A model generated the notes under the pieces. That model worked only from the letters and a program-made list of their open reading frames with translations. It was not told where the DNA came from and did no database searches. From Phaeosaccion multiseriatum (taxonomy: Eukaryota; Protista; Ochrophyta, other classes): a DNA stretch of 64,000 nucleotides. Position numbers and translations under genes: made by a program. Shown here piece after piece: positions 26,030 through 42,661 of the stretch; within the stretch, counting starts at the first letter, position 1, and each line of letters begins with the position of its first letter. Where the stretch lies: NCBI GenBank assembly GCA_965112735.1, contig OZ218962.1:1178001-1242000 (forward strand), written 5' to 3'.

Positions 26030-27537
26030 GGGGGGGGTGAGGGGGGAAGGGGCAATCCCAGCGAGGTGACGCAGGGACACAAGAGAACACAAATGGCGTC
26101 AGCCTCCACCAGATAGTACTCCACGAATGCAGCGACACAAAAAGGACAGGAAGGAAGGAACCTGTGACTGAAAGCTGTGGGTAAAAACTGACTGAGCTGA
26201 AACTCACATCCCCACGACACGTGGACGGGGTTGGGCAGCACCCTCACGTTGCCGATGGACCTCCCCAGGGCATTCTCCTTTGTCTCCAGGAACCGGGTCA
26301 TGGAGCGCTGCACCTGGTCGACACGAGGGAGGGAGGGAGGGAGGGAGGGTGTACCACAGTCACGATGGATGAGTCTGGCCCGGCACCCCTCTATCGTGGC
26401 TGACTACAGCATGCAACCAAAGACAAGACAAGGGTGGTACTAACACCACCACCACCTGGCTCGGTTCGAAGCATAGCGGCTTCCTATTCACTCTCGCTGA
26501 GCATCCTTCGCTGAGCATCCCCGGCCTCTCTTATCCATCGTCCGGTCCTTGCAGCTTGAACACTCCCCTCCCCTCCCCTCCCCTTTGGTCCTGGACATGA
26601 TTATGGCATGCGCCGACCATAATCAGCAATCAGGCCTGGCTCGGCCATAATCAGCAATCAGGCCTGCTGGCGCCGATCATAATCAATGATCAGATAATGT
26701 CCTCTTGCCTCTCGCCTCTCCTCCTTTCCAAAGTACTCACCGATTCGTGTACTGTCTTCGAAGCCTTGGCGTCAACATGCACAAGGTATACGTTGTCGGG
26801 GTGGTACAGCGCAGTGAGCAGCAGCTCCAAGGCGTGGCTGTCTTTGGCGGTGCAGAACAAGGCGTACGCGATGCGAACGCCCTCCTCGGGCTCAGGAGGG
26901 GGGCCTTTTTCATTGAACAGGGCAAGTTCACAGGAGGGGAGGGCAGGACGCGGGTTGTTGAGGGGCAGGGGCCTTGCTGGGGAGGAGGTGTAGCAAGCAT
27001 CAACTTCAATGGGGAGGACGTACAAAAAGCATCATCAACTTAACTCGCTAGCATTGAGCAGCCGCGAGGACAAGCGGGGATTTGGCAATTTCACAGTGGG
27101 TGGGATGGTCGGATGGTCATAAGTGGTGTCGTACCCTTTGCTGAAATAATGCGAGCTCCCTCTGTTCTCTCTCTGCTCGCTTGTCGCTCAGCTCGTGATT
27201 CGCGTTGCTCTTCCTGGTGGTGAGACACGTATGGGTGCTGATGCTGGCTTCGCTCGCTCGCCGCCTGCTGGTCCGCGGAGGAGCTCCACTGGAACATGAC
27301 CCCTACCGCACCCATGGCAGTGAGGAGTATGAGCAGCAGCGCGCGCAGCAGGAACTTCTCGGGCCTTCGCCTGGCACCGCCCTTGTGTCTGAGAGTGTGC
27401 AACTCGCGCAGTTCTCCTCCTGAAGTATCGGCTCTGCTTCGCAGCCCCACCTTCTCTACTGCTGGCACTTCGATGCCACCACCGGAAGTGTCGGCCCTGC
27501 TTCGCAGCCCCCGCGACCCCTTCTCTGTTGCATCCAT
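20848..27537 (-). CDS. Type II membrane glycosyltransferase family 14 (core-2/I-branching, xylosyltransferase-like) with a long acidic C-terminal extension
   Basis: N-terminal TM (FLLRALLLILLTAMGAVGVMF), RIAYAL..LLLTALYHPDNVYLVHVDAK, VSWG, WDYWINLSVADMPL, YK|GELWVVLHRRFAEY, SDEEYFQT, DNMRFADW and LFARKF are the canonical GT14 motifs, spread over many exons. Confidence 0.88.
21303..21503. repeat. Perfect (GGA)n tract of about 200 bp in the last GT14 intron
   Basis: Seen directly. Confidence 0.95.
23160..23660. repeat. (GGGA)n tract of about 500 bp in a GT14 intron
   Basis: Seen directly, with an internal higher-order duplication. Confidence 0.95.
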
Positions 27538-27866
27538 TGCCTCCCCACCCCCCCCTTCAATAGATCACATGAAGTGCGAGAGAAAAAAGGGAAAGGGGGT
27601 CCTAGAGCTTCCTTCCTTCTTACTGTTGGTGCTGCTGCTACTGCTGACTGTTCCTGCTGCTCATACTGCTGTTTCTGAGGGGTGCAATGCTAAATTCTAC
27701 AAGTAGTGGAGAAGCTGGAGGGAAAAAATAGGGGAGAAGGGAAGGATATCAGGGAAGTTGATGTGGCCCAGTCCCATGCAATCAGTATCAGGTGCTCCAG
27801 ACCCAAGACAAAGCACAAAGGAAAAAAAAGAGAGGGTGGAGCGACTTCACATGCGTGAGGACAGGC

Positions 27867-30773
27867 ATGGAATTTCAGCAGCAACAGCAACAGGAGCAGC
27901 AACAACAGCAGCGGAGCTACCAGCAGCAGCAGATGAAGCAGAAGCAGCAGGAGCAGGAGCCGCGGGACGTGCAGCAGCGACACCAGTTTTGGCTGCAGGC
28001 AGAGGATCTTCGGATGGAAGGCAACGACATGTTCCGGGGAGGCAGACTAGAGGAAGCTCTCGAGAAGTACTCCAGTGCTCTCTCCATTTTGATCAAGCTT
28101 GCCAACAGCGAAGGAAGTGGCAACGGGAACAGCAGCATCAATGGGAGTGTCCTCGAAAAGACTTGCGTCGTGCTAACGAATCGAGCCATAGTGCAATTCA
28201 AGCTGGCGCGCTTCGATAAGAGCATTGTCGATTCTTGTATGGCTCTGGAGATGAACGAATCACACATCAAGGTAGAGGAGAGAGACACAGAGCACCCTCG
28301 TCCACCTTTAGGGTCGATGGGGGGCCTCTTGTTTTCCCTGTCCCTTGATGCCGTCACTTGTCCAACTCATCTTCTCAATCTCTGTCTGTCTGTCTGTCTG
28401 TCTGTGGTGTCTCCCTCTTGCTCTCCCTCTCTCTCTGCATCTTCCTCCATCCCTCCCTCCCTCCCTCCCTCTCCCTCTCCCTCTCCCTACTTTTCTGTCT
28501 CCCTCCCTCCCTCTCTCTCTCCCTCCATCCCTCCCCCTCTTCCTCTCCCTCTCTCTACTTGCTCGTATCCGGGTGAGCCAGGCTCGTTATTGGCGGGCAA
28601 ACGCTTCCCTGCAACTGGGACACGCCGTTGAGGCGGTGCATGACTTGGAAGTGTGTGCCGAGAGCGGCAACAAAGAGGCGCTCGCCCTTCTACCCGAGGC
28701 TCGGAGAATAGCCGCGGGAGGACTGCAGGAGCAGGAAGGGGCTTCGTTTGTGCGTCAGGAGGAGACGCGAGGAAGAGCGAGAGGGAGTGGTTACCGGGGC
28801 AGCAGCAGCAGCAACAGCAGCGTCAGCAGAGTCACTAGAAGCACCTCAAGGAGCAGCAGGAGCGGTAGAAGCACTAGTTTGAGCAGTGGGGCGTCCTCCT
28901 CCGGGTCGTCCTCTGAGGCACTTTCGGTGATGCACGAGATGGGACGAGCGAGTGGTCAACATGATGAGTATAGCGGCGACGACGACGACGATGATGATGA
29001 TGATGATGGTGATAGCGGCGCCTTTGATAGCGACGATTCCTACAACGCTCAAGAGGAAGAGGAGGAGGAGGAGGAGGAGCCTTGGAGAGAAGGTGGCAAG
29101 ACCCAGGAAGAGGAGGAAGAGGAAGAAGGTTACCTGTTGGGCATGGACATTGACGGCCATGACATCTCCTACACTGTCTGCCCCGCGGCTGGACAGCCCC
29201 CAGAACCGTGCACCGGGAGAGCTGTGCGTGTGGCCTTCACTCCTTTGCCTACGGTTACAGTTACAGCAGCAATGGATTCGTTGTCTTTGACTCGAGGGGG
29301 AGGCGGGGCTCTCCCGCCGCCTCCTCCCATCGCTGCTCCTGGTGGCGGCTCTACTGCTACGGCTTCCGGTGCCTCGGTCTCCCCACCCTTGCCCCGGCCG
29401 GACGGCCAGTCATCAGTTCGCCACCCCCCTGCCCTTCACCCCGCCGTGATGATGACTCGCAAGCTTCTCGCAAGCCAGATGAGGCAGGAGGAGCAGCACT
29501 TGGTGATACAGCAGCAGCAGCAGTCAGGAGAGGTTTCCCCCGGGGAGGAGGTGGCCGGGGATAGCAGGAGGAGGGGAGGGAGTGACGCAAGCGTTGGCAG
29601 CGTCGGTAGTGACGTCAGCAGAGCCACAGATGGCAACAGTAGCACCAGCAGTTGGTCATCCAGAAGCCTGGTGTCAGGACATGAGTCTGGCAGTGGGGCT
29701 CTTACCTCGTCCGAGCCGGATCGGGGAGGCCTCCCACCTCGCCAGAAGCAGCGAATGGATGTGAAGCGCCTCATCGACCAGGCAGAGAAGAAGGTAGGAG
29801 GATTGGAGGAGGCGAGTGGAGGGGAGTCGAGGGGCAAGTATGTGGAGGTCAAGTAGAGGTGCCCGTTGCGGCCTAGAGGGAAGGAAGGCAAAGCTTGGGA
29901 CCTTCGCCTCGAGGGGGGCACACGCTGCTCTCCTCTGACTCACTCAATCCCTCCCTTCCTCCCTCACCCATTCACCCACGCACCTTACTCGCCAATCCAC
30001 CCACCCACTCACCGAGACCTTCTTCTTCTTCTTCTCTGACTTGTGTCATGTGATGGTGCAGGGCAAGGAAAGTGGCGATCTGTGGTACGTGCTGAGCTTC
30101 AAGTGGTGGCAAGGGTGGCAGCTCTACGTGCATTATGACGAGGTCGACCCTCTGCCTGCTGAGGAGGGGCCAGCGGAAGGACAAGGTAGAGGAGTGGGAG
30201 GAGGAGGAGGAGGAGGATCAAGGCGACCAAGTAGTAGGCACCGGACACGATTGCCACGCGGTGTGGCGGGGCGCGAGAGGGGCATACCGGGACCGGCAGC
30301 CAAGACGAAGACGAAGACAGCAACACGGTCCACTGCCAGTGGCCCTGCCAAGGGAGGGGGAGGGGCGAGTGGGCGCGTGCGGAGGCTGAGGGAGGAGGAG
30401 AGGATGGAGCACAGTGTCAGCACGAACGACTTGACGGTCAATGCAAACGTGAGGGACACGGAGGCGGACGGAAACGGTGCGTGTGGGCGCGTGTGGGCGT
30501 GGGATCGGGAGGAGGGAATGAGGGATTGGAGAGAGAGGACTTGGTATCATCTCTAGTTGTAGTACAGGGCAGGTTTAGAAACACTGTTGAGCTCACATTG
30601 ACCCTCCCGGTGTGGCTCTGTCTTCCCTTTAAAGTGACTCTCCCTTGCGTCCCTCTCCCTCGTTTCCTCTCCCTCCCCTGCCTCCCCTCCCTCTCCCCCC
30701 CCCCCCCCGCTTTTCCAGTCTCGCGTCCATCCGCCATAGACAACAGCGCCCTCGTGCAGCTTCCACAGGATGA

Positions 30774-30804
<31 letters not shown>

Positions 30805-32004
30805 AGACTCGCAGGCAGCAGAAGCAACAGGAGTGTCAATCAGAGTGTCAAGCAGAGTAGTCAGCAGCGGCTGGTGCTCCCGGGAGAGGGGGGGAGGAGA
30901 CTGGGACTGGGTCTTGGTGATATCGGCATCCACCCGGTCACAGGGTTGTGCTCACTCAAATCTCGGCTTGTGCAAGACTACCACTACGTGTTACTGCCTA
31001 AGGACGCCTTCGAGGCACTCTGGGAGTGGTATGGAGGGGGGCCCATCATCCCGAGGAGGGTAGAGCAGCTCTACCCTCCGTCGGGAAGAGACGAGGGCGA
31101 GGAGGGGGGGAGAGGAGAGGAGGAGGAGGGCATCTTGAGAGTGCAGCTCTACCCGGTGAGTGGCGAGGGGAGGTTAAGTCTCCTTTCTTTCTCTCTTCTC
31201 TCTCCTTACACACACACACACACACACACACGATGTGTTTGCCTCCTGCTTCCCTCCCCATCCGACACCCCCTGCGCCTGCGCCCCTCAGGAGCTTGTCG
31301 ACCTGTCTCCCGATACGCGGGGGGGTGGCAGCATCAACAGCAACGGTAGCCCCTCTAGCTCTGACCAGGGAGCTGCCTCTCTCGAAGCGTCCTCCTCGTC
31401 CTCGAACTCCTCCTCCAACCGGCGTTCACAGGACTCACAGGAGGCTGCGGAGAGCCAACTGCCTCAGGTGCCTCTGCCGTGTGGGGCCTGCGGCAGAGAG
31501 GGTGGCTCTCGGTGTAAGGGCTGCTACGAGGCGGCGTACTGCTCTAGGTGAGACACAAGTGTGTGTATATGTGTGTGTGTGTGTATTGGCAATGAGGGGG
31601 GAGCAGCCCTCTACTTTCTAAACTCACCTTTGCAATTCTTCGTTCATCCCCTCACCTTCGCTCCTCAGGACGTGTCAGAGCGCTCACTGGCCATATCACA
31701 AGCTGCTGTGTCACAAAAAAGAGTCTCGACAATCCTTGCCCTCCTCTACCTCCGCCTCACATGGCGGCTCAGGAGGAGGAGGATTGATGCGGTCATGGTC
31801 GCCTGGACTCGGGGGCCTTGGCGGAGGGAGTGGCGTTGGTGATACGGCTGTAGCGAAGCCGAGGAGAGGGAAGACCGGCCTCAGTAACTTGGGCAACACG
31901 TGCTTCCTCAACTCCACGCTGCAGTGCCTGAGCCATTGCTACCCCATCACCAAGCACTTCCTCACAGACAAGTTCAAAGAGGTAAGTGTCGTGTCCTCGC
32001 TTGT

Positions 32005-32047
<43 letters not shown>

Positions 32048-32393
32048 CTCCCTCCCTCTCGCCCTCCCCCTCTCTCTCACACCCCTCTTTTCCTCCATCC
32101 TTCACTCACTCACTCACTCACTCACTCCCTCCCTCCCTCCCCTCCCTCCCTCTCTCACCCTTCCCCCCTTCCCTCCTTCCCTTCCTCCCTCCCTCCCTCA
32201 CTCACTCACGCCATCGCACAGGATCTCAACGAGGACAACCCCTTCGGCACGGGAGGGCACTTGGCACAAGCCTACGACAAGTTGCTCAAGAAGCTTTGGT
32301 TCGGGACAGACGTGTGCGTGGCCCCGGCAAGGCTCAAGCTTGCCATCTCGCGCTTTGCTCCTCAGTTCTCGGGCTTCTCCCAGCAAGACTCGC

Positions 32394-32427
<34 letters not shown>

Positions 32428-35400
32428 ATCTGTAGTACTCGTATCGCATGCAAATCGTGATTGCTCCTCACGTGAAGTGCCCATCAGTTATCCATCCCCC
32501 TCCCGTGAACTGCCATCCGTCGTCATCCGCTACCATCCACTCACACCTCATCCACTGCCATCCAACCCCACAACCCCGTGAACTGCCATCCACTGCCGTC
32601 CGCTGTCATACCATCCCTAGGAAGTGCTGGGCTACCTGCTGGACGGGCTCCATGAGGACCTCAACCGCATTAAGGTCAGGGAAGGAGGGAGGGAGGGAGG
32701 GAGGGAGGGAGGGAGGAAGGGGGGGAATTGTGGACTAGTCTCCCCCCTGGCGGTCTTGCCTTTGCCCTTGTTTCACTCACTCATCAATTCACTCACTCAC
32801 TCATCAATTCACTCACTCACTCATCAATTCACTCACTCACTCATCAATTCACTCACTCACTCATCGTCTCTCTCGCGCACTCGCTCACTCACTCACTTTC
32901 CCTCGCCCTTGCCCGCACGTTAAGCAGAAAAAGCCCTATGTGGAGATGCCGGACGGCGAGTGCGGTCGACCCGACGCAGTGGTGGGAGCGGAGGCTTGGG
33001 AGAAGATGAGTCTTCGAGAGCAGGTTCGTGCGTGCGTGCGTGCGTCAGGGTTGTGAGGGATGGAGGGAGGGAGAGAGGAAAGGGAAGGGACATAACATTA
33101 CATAACATTGAAGGGCGTGAGGTTAGGTTGTGGTGCGTTTTGTGCTTGTGTGTCGACGTCAATTTAAGTTCCAAGTCATGTACCCACCCTTTGCGCTCCT
33201 CTTCCGTTCACCCTCGATCCCTCGCCCCCTCCCTCCCTCCCTCCCTCCCTCTCTCTCCCTCGCTCTTTTCACCTACCCCCCCACCCCCCCACAGAGTGTG
33301 CTAGTGGACCACTGCTACGGCCAATTGAAGAGTAGCCTCACCTGCCCCTTTCCCTCTTGTGGCAAAGTGTCGAGAAAATTCGATGAGTTCAACCTCGTAA
33401 CCCTGGAGCTGCCCACGGACTTCGAGGATCGAGTCATGTTCCCGACAATGGTGTACAGAGTACCTGACATAGAGGAGGAAGAGGAGGAGGAGAAGAAGGA
33501 GGAGGGAGGGGAGGGGCATGGACGGGATAAGCACGCGGTGAAGAGGGCGAAGAAGAGACCAGCGTGGCAGACGCTCGTTGCTGTCAAGGTCAAGTGCGAC
33601 GCTACCATCGCCGACCTCAAGCGAGAGGTGAGCGAGCCATGGGTGGCGGAGAGGGAGGGAGGAAGGCATGCCTTGGCTTGTTATCTTTGTCGCCCGATTT
33701 GATGTAGCGGTAGCATGTGCCCTCCTCCCGTCCCTCGTGCTTCTTATTGCGTCCTCCGTTCTCCCTCCCCTCCTCCCTCCTTCCCCTCCTTCCCTCTAGA
33801 TGAGCAAGGTGGTGGGTGTGGACAGGGACTGCTTGCTCATGACGGAGGTGGTGCAAGGTAACATTCGACAAGTGGTGAAGGACGCCGTGCCGGTGTGCAA
33901 GGTGAGGGAGGGAGGGCGGGATGGAGGGGGAGGATAATGGCATGATGAAAAGCAACATCATGGCCCTACGAGGGAGAGACAAGGCTTCATTGTCAGAGGC
34001 TTCGAAGATGGATGGATGGATTCTTGCCTTTTTTGTCTCCCACATCCTGTAGGTCCCCCCTCGCTACTCACTCACTCACTCACTCACTCACTCACTCACT
34101 CTACACGCTCGCTTCCTCACTCACTCACCCACACACTCACTTACTCACTCACTTACTCACTCACTCACTTGTGAATGTCCTCCCTCAGGTGCGGGAGGAC
34201 GACAACCTCGTTGCCTATGAGGTGGTGCCCTTTGTACAGAGCCGGTATGGGCACGCCGCCCTGGTGCACAGACGACTCGTATGGGATGACGATGGCGACG
34301 ACGCGGAGGAGGAGGAGGAGGAGGAGGAGGGCGAGGGAGGAGGAGGAAGACGGCAGCGCGGCACCACCCCTCCCCAAGTGGACCTGCTGGGCTTACCCCT
34401 CGTTGTGTCCTTTGATTGGGGTTGGAGCTGTGCGAGGCTACGGAGACATGTGTGGGCGCAGGTCAAGGCGTTTGTGGAGGTGGAGGGCGCAGAGAATAAC
34501 TTGACTGAGCAGCAGCTCGCGGAGGTTGGTGGAGAGAGAGAGAGAGGCGGGAGGGGGAGTGAGAGAGGAGGGAGGGAGGGAGGGAGACGGAGAGAGAGGC
34601 GGGAGGGGGAGTAGAAGGGAGGGAGGTAGACAGAGAGAAATAGACAGAGAGGGGGAGTGGGAGGGAGGGAGAGAGAGAGAGGGAGGGGGGAGGTTGGTGT
34701 AGCGAGAAAAGGACACGGCAGGGCACACAGAGAGGCCTAACAGCTGCCTTCGTTGCTGCTTAACGCATCCCCGCAACCCCAAAACCCCAAACCAACAGGA
34801 GGTGGGTGCCATCTTGGAGCTGTCGGAGGTAGGGCAGAACGGCATCACTTACCGGCGCCCGTCCACGGCCACGGCAGCTGAGACGGAGGAGGTGAGTCAG
34901 CTAGCTGATGCTTTGCACTTCGTGAGTCAGCTAGCTGATGCGATTGCACTTCACCTCTTCATCAGTTCACCTGTCCCATCAGGTGTTCCCCTGTCTGTCG
35001 CCGTCCATCGGTGGCCTGTGGCCTTTTTGTGTCCATAGGGGTGTGGAGTGTCTCCTCGCCCTCTCGTTGACCTCTCACATGTTGTTTCATATCCTCTCCT
35101 CTCGTTTCCTTTCACCTTAGTTGCCCTCCTCCTGCCTTCTTCGGCCTTGGCTGCTTTGACCCTAATCGCTGCTCTCTTTTGTGCCGATGCAATAGTAGTA
35201 CCTTTCGCCTTTGGCCGTTACCGTTTCTCGTTGCCCCTTACCTAACCTTTCGCATACTCCCCCCCCCCCCTCCCTTTACACACACCACTACGCACACCTT
35301 TACCCCGGGTGCCCTTAGGCTGCGGCCATGGGAGTGAAGCCCACTCGGCTCGGTAGGTACCTCCCGTCGGGTGACTATGGACATGCGTCTCTCCGACAAG

Positions 35401-36975
35401 TGTTTCGAGCACCTCACTCAGACTCCTACACGCTGCACTTCCTCGCTGTGGACTGGACGGGCTGGCTGGCGCAGAGAGTCAACGCAGACAAGTGAGTGCG
35501 TGTGTGCATGTGCGTGGGTGGGTGCGTGGGTGGGTGCGTGGGTGGTGGGTGCGTGCGTGTGCCCCACTAGGGTCCTTGGGCTTCTCTCTCAAATCTCTTT
35601 CACTCTCTCTCCCTTCCCTCCTCCCTCGCTTCCTCGCATGTGCTCACTACCCACAGATTCTTCGCCCCTCCTGCCCACCACTTGAGCATTGCCCGGCTGC
35701 GGGACGAGGGCGCGGCGGTGCTGACGCTGGATCAGTGCTTCAACAAGTTCTCCGCCCCGGAGAAGCTCGACCCCGAGAACCCCTGGTACTGCAATCGGTG
35801 AGTCGTAAGAGTGGTTCATGACTTGATAGACCCCTTACTTTCCATCACAGCGCACCGCACCAAACCAATCCACTCCTCTCCTCCCCTCCCCTCCCATCCC
35901 TTCTCCTCTCCCCTCTTCACCTCGCCTCTCCTCTGTACCACCAAACACGAACAGCTGCAAGGAGCACCGCCAGGCCACAAAAACCCTTCAATTCATGCGC
36001 CTTCCCAATCTCCTCATCCTCCACCTCAAGCGGTTTGCCCTCGGCAGCAACAGGAGGGGGGGGCAGTTCCGCAGCAAGCTGGACACCCCTGTGGACTTCC
36101 CCATCAACGGGCTCGACATGAGTAGGTTGGTGGCTGTGAATTGGGGGTCTTTTGCCTTTTGCCTTTTGCCTTTTACCCCAAGGGGTGATGTGACTGATGG
36201 CCGTGCTTTGTCCCTGTTCTTGTCCTAGTTGTGTGGTCTCTGTGCGTTGGTTCCTCTGCCCATGGGCTTACATCCCTCCCTCCCTCCCTCCCTCCCTCCC
36301 TCCGCCTCTCTCTCTCCCCCTCCCTCTCCCTCTCTCTCTCTCCCTCCCTCTCCCTCTCCTTCTCCCTCCCTCCCTCCCTCCCTCCCTCCCTCCCTCCCTC
36401 CCTCATCAGATTCTGCCACCAAGAAGGCGAGGGCCTGCTTGCCGGCGATGGACAGGCTCCCCTCTACGACCTCTTTGCCGTGTCGTACCACATGGGTAGG
36501 TGTAATACTCTCGCTCTTCTCTTACCCTTGCTCTACCCTTGCCCTTGCTTTACTGTTGTGCCTGTCCTTGCCCTTGGCTCTGCTCTCTGCTGGCAGCAGC
36601 GTCCCGGCCTGGGGCGCAGTGTGTGTACCTACCTCTTGCCGGACATGTCTGTCCTCCGGATCCCTGTCTCATCAGCCTGTCGATCTTCCCTCTTCTTCTT
36701 CTTGTCGCTCTTGCGCCCCTCGCCCGCCCCCCTCTCCCCCGTCCGTTCACCCCGGTACCATGTCATGCTTTGTGCTTGCTGTGATGCTGTGATGGTCTTG
36801 TGCAGGCGGGATGGGCTTTGGTCACTACACCGCCTGTGTGCGGGACTGGGATGGGGGCGGGCTAAAGGACGACTGGTACCTGTGCGACGACGACTCGTGC
36901 GAGAAGATGGATGTGAAACATGTCAAGGACCGGGCGGCCTACGTGCTCTTCTACAAGAGGAGACAGTTCCGCTGA
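27867..36975 (+). CDS. Ubiquitin-specific protease (peptidase C19) with N-terminal TPR, DUSP and zf-MYND domains
   Basis: TPR: AEDLRMEGNDMFRGGRLEEALEKYS..LTNRAIVQFKL. DUSP: WYVLSFKWWQGW..IDNSAL..DYHYVLLPKDAFEALWEWYGGGP. MYND: CGACGREGGSRCKGCYEAAYCS. Cys box GLSNLGNTCFLNSTLQCL, QQDSQE, His box GHYTA, terminal AYVLFYKR. Confidence 0.92.
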
Positions 36976-37376
36976 CCTCTTCCTTCTGCACACGAGCCTA
37001 CAGCTGCTGGTGCTGCTACTGGTACTAGGGCTTGGTGGTGGTGGTGGTGGTGGTGGTGGTGGTGGTGATGCTGCTGCTGCTGCAATGCGTAGAGGAGCTG
37101 AACCACAGGGTGGCGTTGGTGCTGGTGCTGGCCTAGGCTGCTCTACTGCCTCGGACTACGACGGGAGCCGAGGAAGGGTCGGGGAGGGGGCGGGAATTAT
37201 TTCAGGCTGCAAACGTTGCGGTCGTGTGCGTATGTTATGTGTGTATGTACATAAAAATTGTAGAACATCGTTGTGCGAGAGCGACGAAGAGGGCGTGGAG
37301 AGTGCGTGCGTGGGTCAGGTGTATGTCAATGAAATCTTTCACCATTTTTCATTTTTTCTTTTTTCCCCTTCCCCTA

Positions 37377-37664
37377 ATGGGCTCTAGTGATGATAATGCT
37401 GCCCCGGAGGCTCGTGAATGGAAGGCTGTCATACTCGAATGGATGGTGTATATCAGTGTGGGCATCTCCATTGTCCTCCTGGTTTGGACCCTGAGTATTT
37501 TCTACGGCTTGGGAGACGTACTCGTAAGCTCCACGCCCCTGGTGCTGACCTTCTTTGGCGTGTTAGGGGTTGCTCATTGGCTCGACAAAAGGGAAGCGCG
37601 AGAGAAGAAGGAAGCAGCAGAGGCGGCTGAAGGAGCGAAGGATGAGACGAAAAAGGGCAAGTAA
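37377..37664 (+). CDS. Small two-TM membrane protein with C-terminal KKxx (95 aa), function unknown
   Basis: ATG follows a T-rich leader. Two hydrophobic helices (VILEWMVYISVGISIVLLVWTLSIFYG; LVLTFFGVLGVAHWL) and a charged tail ending KKGK*. Confidence 0.6.
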   Translation: MGSSDDNAAPEAREWKAVILEWMVYISVGISIVLLVWTLSIFYGLGDVLVSSTPLVLTFFGVLGVAHWLDKREAREKKEAAEAAEGAKDETKKGK

Positions 37665-39137
37665 GATGTGGTGGAGGAGTTCCGAGCAGGGAGGGTTGGC
37701 GGCAGTAGGGCAGACAAAGGGCTTGGTTCCCTCTTTATGAGTGCGCTCCCGCCTCGGTCTGCTCTCACAGTGGCTCTACGGGCGTCAGCGTCAGTCAAGG
37801 ACAAGACACACAGCTCCTCCTCTCGCGGGGAAGAGCAGCGGCTCGAGGCCTTGCGCCGGTGAGAGAGAAGAGAGGTAGAGATCGCCACGGCCCGACAAGA
37901 GGGAATGAGGCAGAGCATGGTGTCGGGCAACACTGCAGTACAAGTGGACGTACAAATGTGCTTCCTTGTGCTTCATCAGTGGTGGGGAGGAGGGGCAGAG
38001 GACAAGGCAAGACGAGGGTGACAGGAAAGGAAGCAGTGAGGAAGCAGCACCAGAGCAGAGCCGAGGTGGCGAGAAGCTTCCTTTGCTAGTTACTCATTGA
38101 GCTGTCGGCAGCCTGTTTATGTGCACACCACTCATCCCGGTGGGGCTTCGGGAGCAACCCCCCAGCAGCTGGGCGGCAGAAGGAAGAAGGAGCTGGGGGG
38201 GGTCTGGGCCGATGAATGGTTTGGTTGGGATGATGGTGCTGTATGCAATAGCGTCCATGAGTACGCCCTAGGACACTCAGCCTCGCTCGTGCCGTCTTTC
38301 CGTCGGTAAGATTAGTTGCGCGCAATTGAAAGTACGACCGACTAGGGGAGTGGGTGCTTGCTGGTATGGATCCATCCCCCGAGCCGGAGTACAGGCTATG
38401 TATGGTACAGTGAAGCGTCCTGTGTGTGGGCGCTCCTCGTAGCACAGGCGCTGTGGTGATCTTTGGTCGAGGCGAGGGAGGGCAGGAAGGGGTGCGGGCT
38501 GTAATGTAAGCCCAAGGAATAAAGGATTTCCCCCTCTTCTCTCGCCGCGGATCCATCTACATCACCACACCACCCTCCACCAACAAATCACTCAACCACC
38601 CTTCTCTTACACTCGGAGGGAGTGCAACAGCTTGACCCAATGAGTACAATAGTGTAGGGTCTGCCAAAAGGGAAACGCTGCTGGCACACGGCGCCGACGC
38701 CGGAGCGGGAGCAAGACGACTCCCCCCGCTCTACCGATCGATATACTACCTCTGTTGCCCCCTCCCCACACCTGCAGTTTCAGTTTCATATGTTTCTCAG
38801 CCAACCTCGAGGAGGCCGGGAGGCAAAGATGGCGAACTTTATGTCATCACTTTGCTGGCCGTGGCTATCAGCCACACCCGCGCACCCCCACCCAGTGCCC
38901 CGAGCAATATTCTGATTTTCTGTAGAGTCCAATTCCGATTTGGACACCCCCCCAGAAGAAACAATTTCTCAATTTGTTCCGTGTACCCATGTACTTCTAC
39001 TCTTTTCCCCTGCTACTCACGTGGCTTCACTTTGACAAAAGTGCCCCCGGGTGGTGCACTTTGCCCGGGGGGGGTATTTGATTCTATTTGATTTCTGCAG
39101 CACCTTCAGTGCTTTTTTTGACGACAGGGGTCAGGGC

Positions 39138-42661
<3,524 letters not shown>

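Noticed and set aside
27410-27515. Duplicated GLRSRADTSGG peptide in the GT14 cytosolic tail
   Set aside because: Simple 63-nt-period local duplication in a disordered region with no further support for function.
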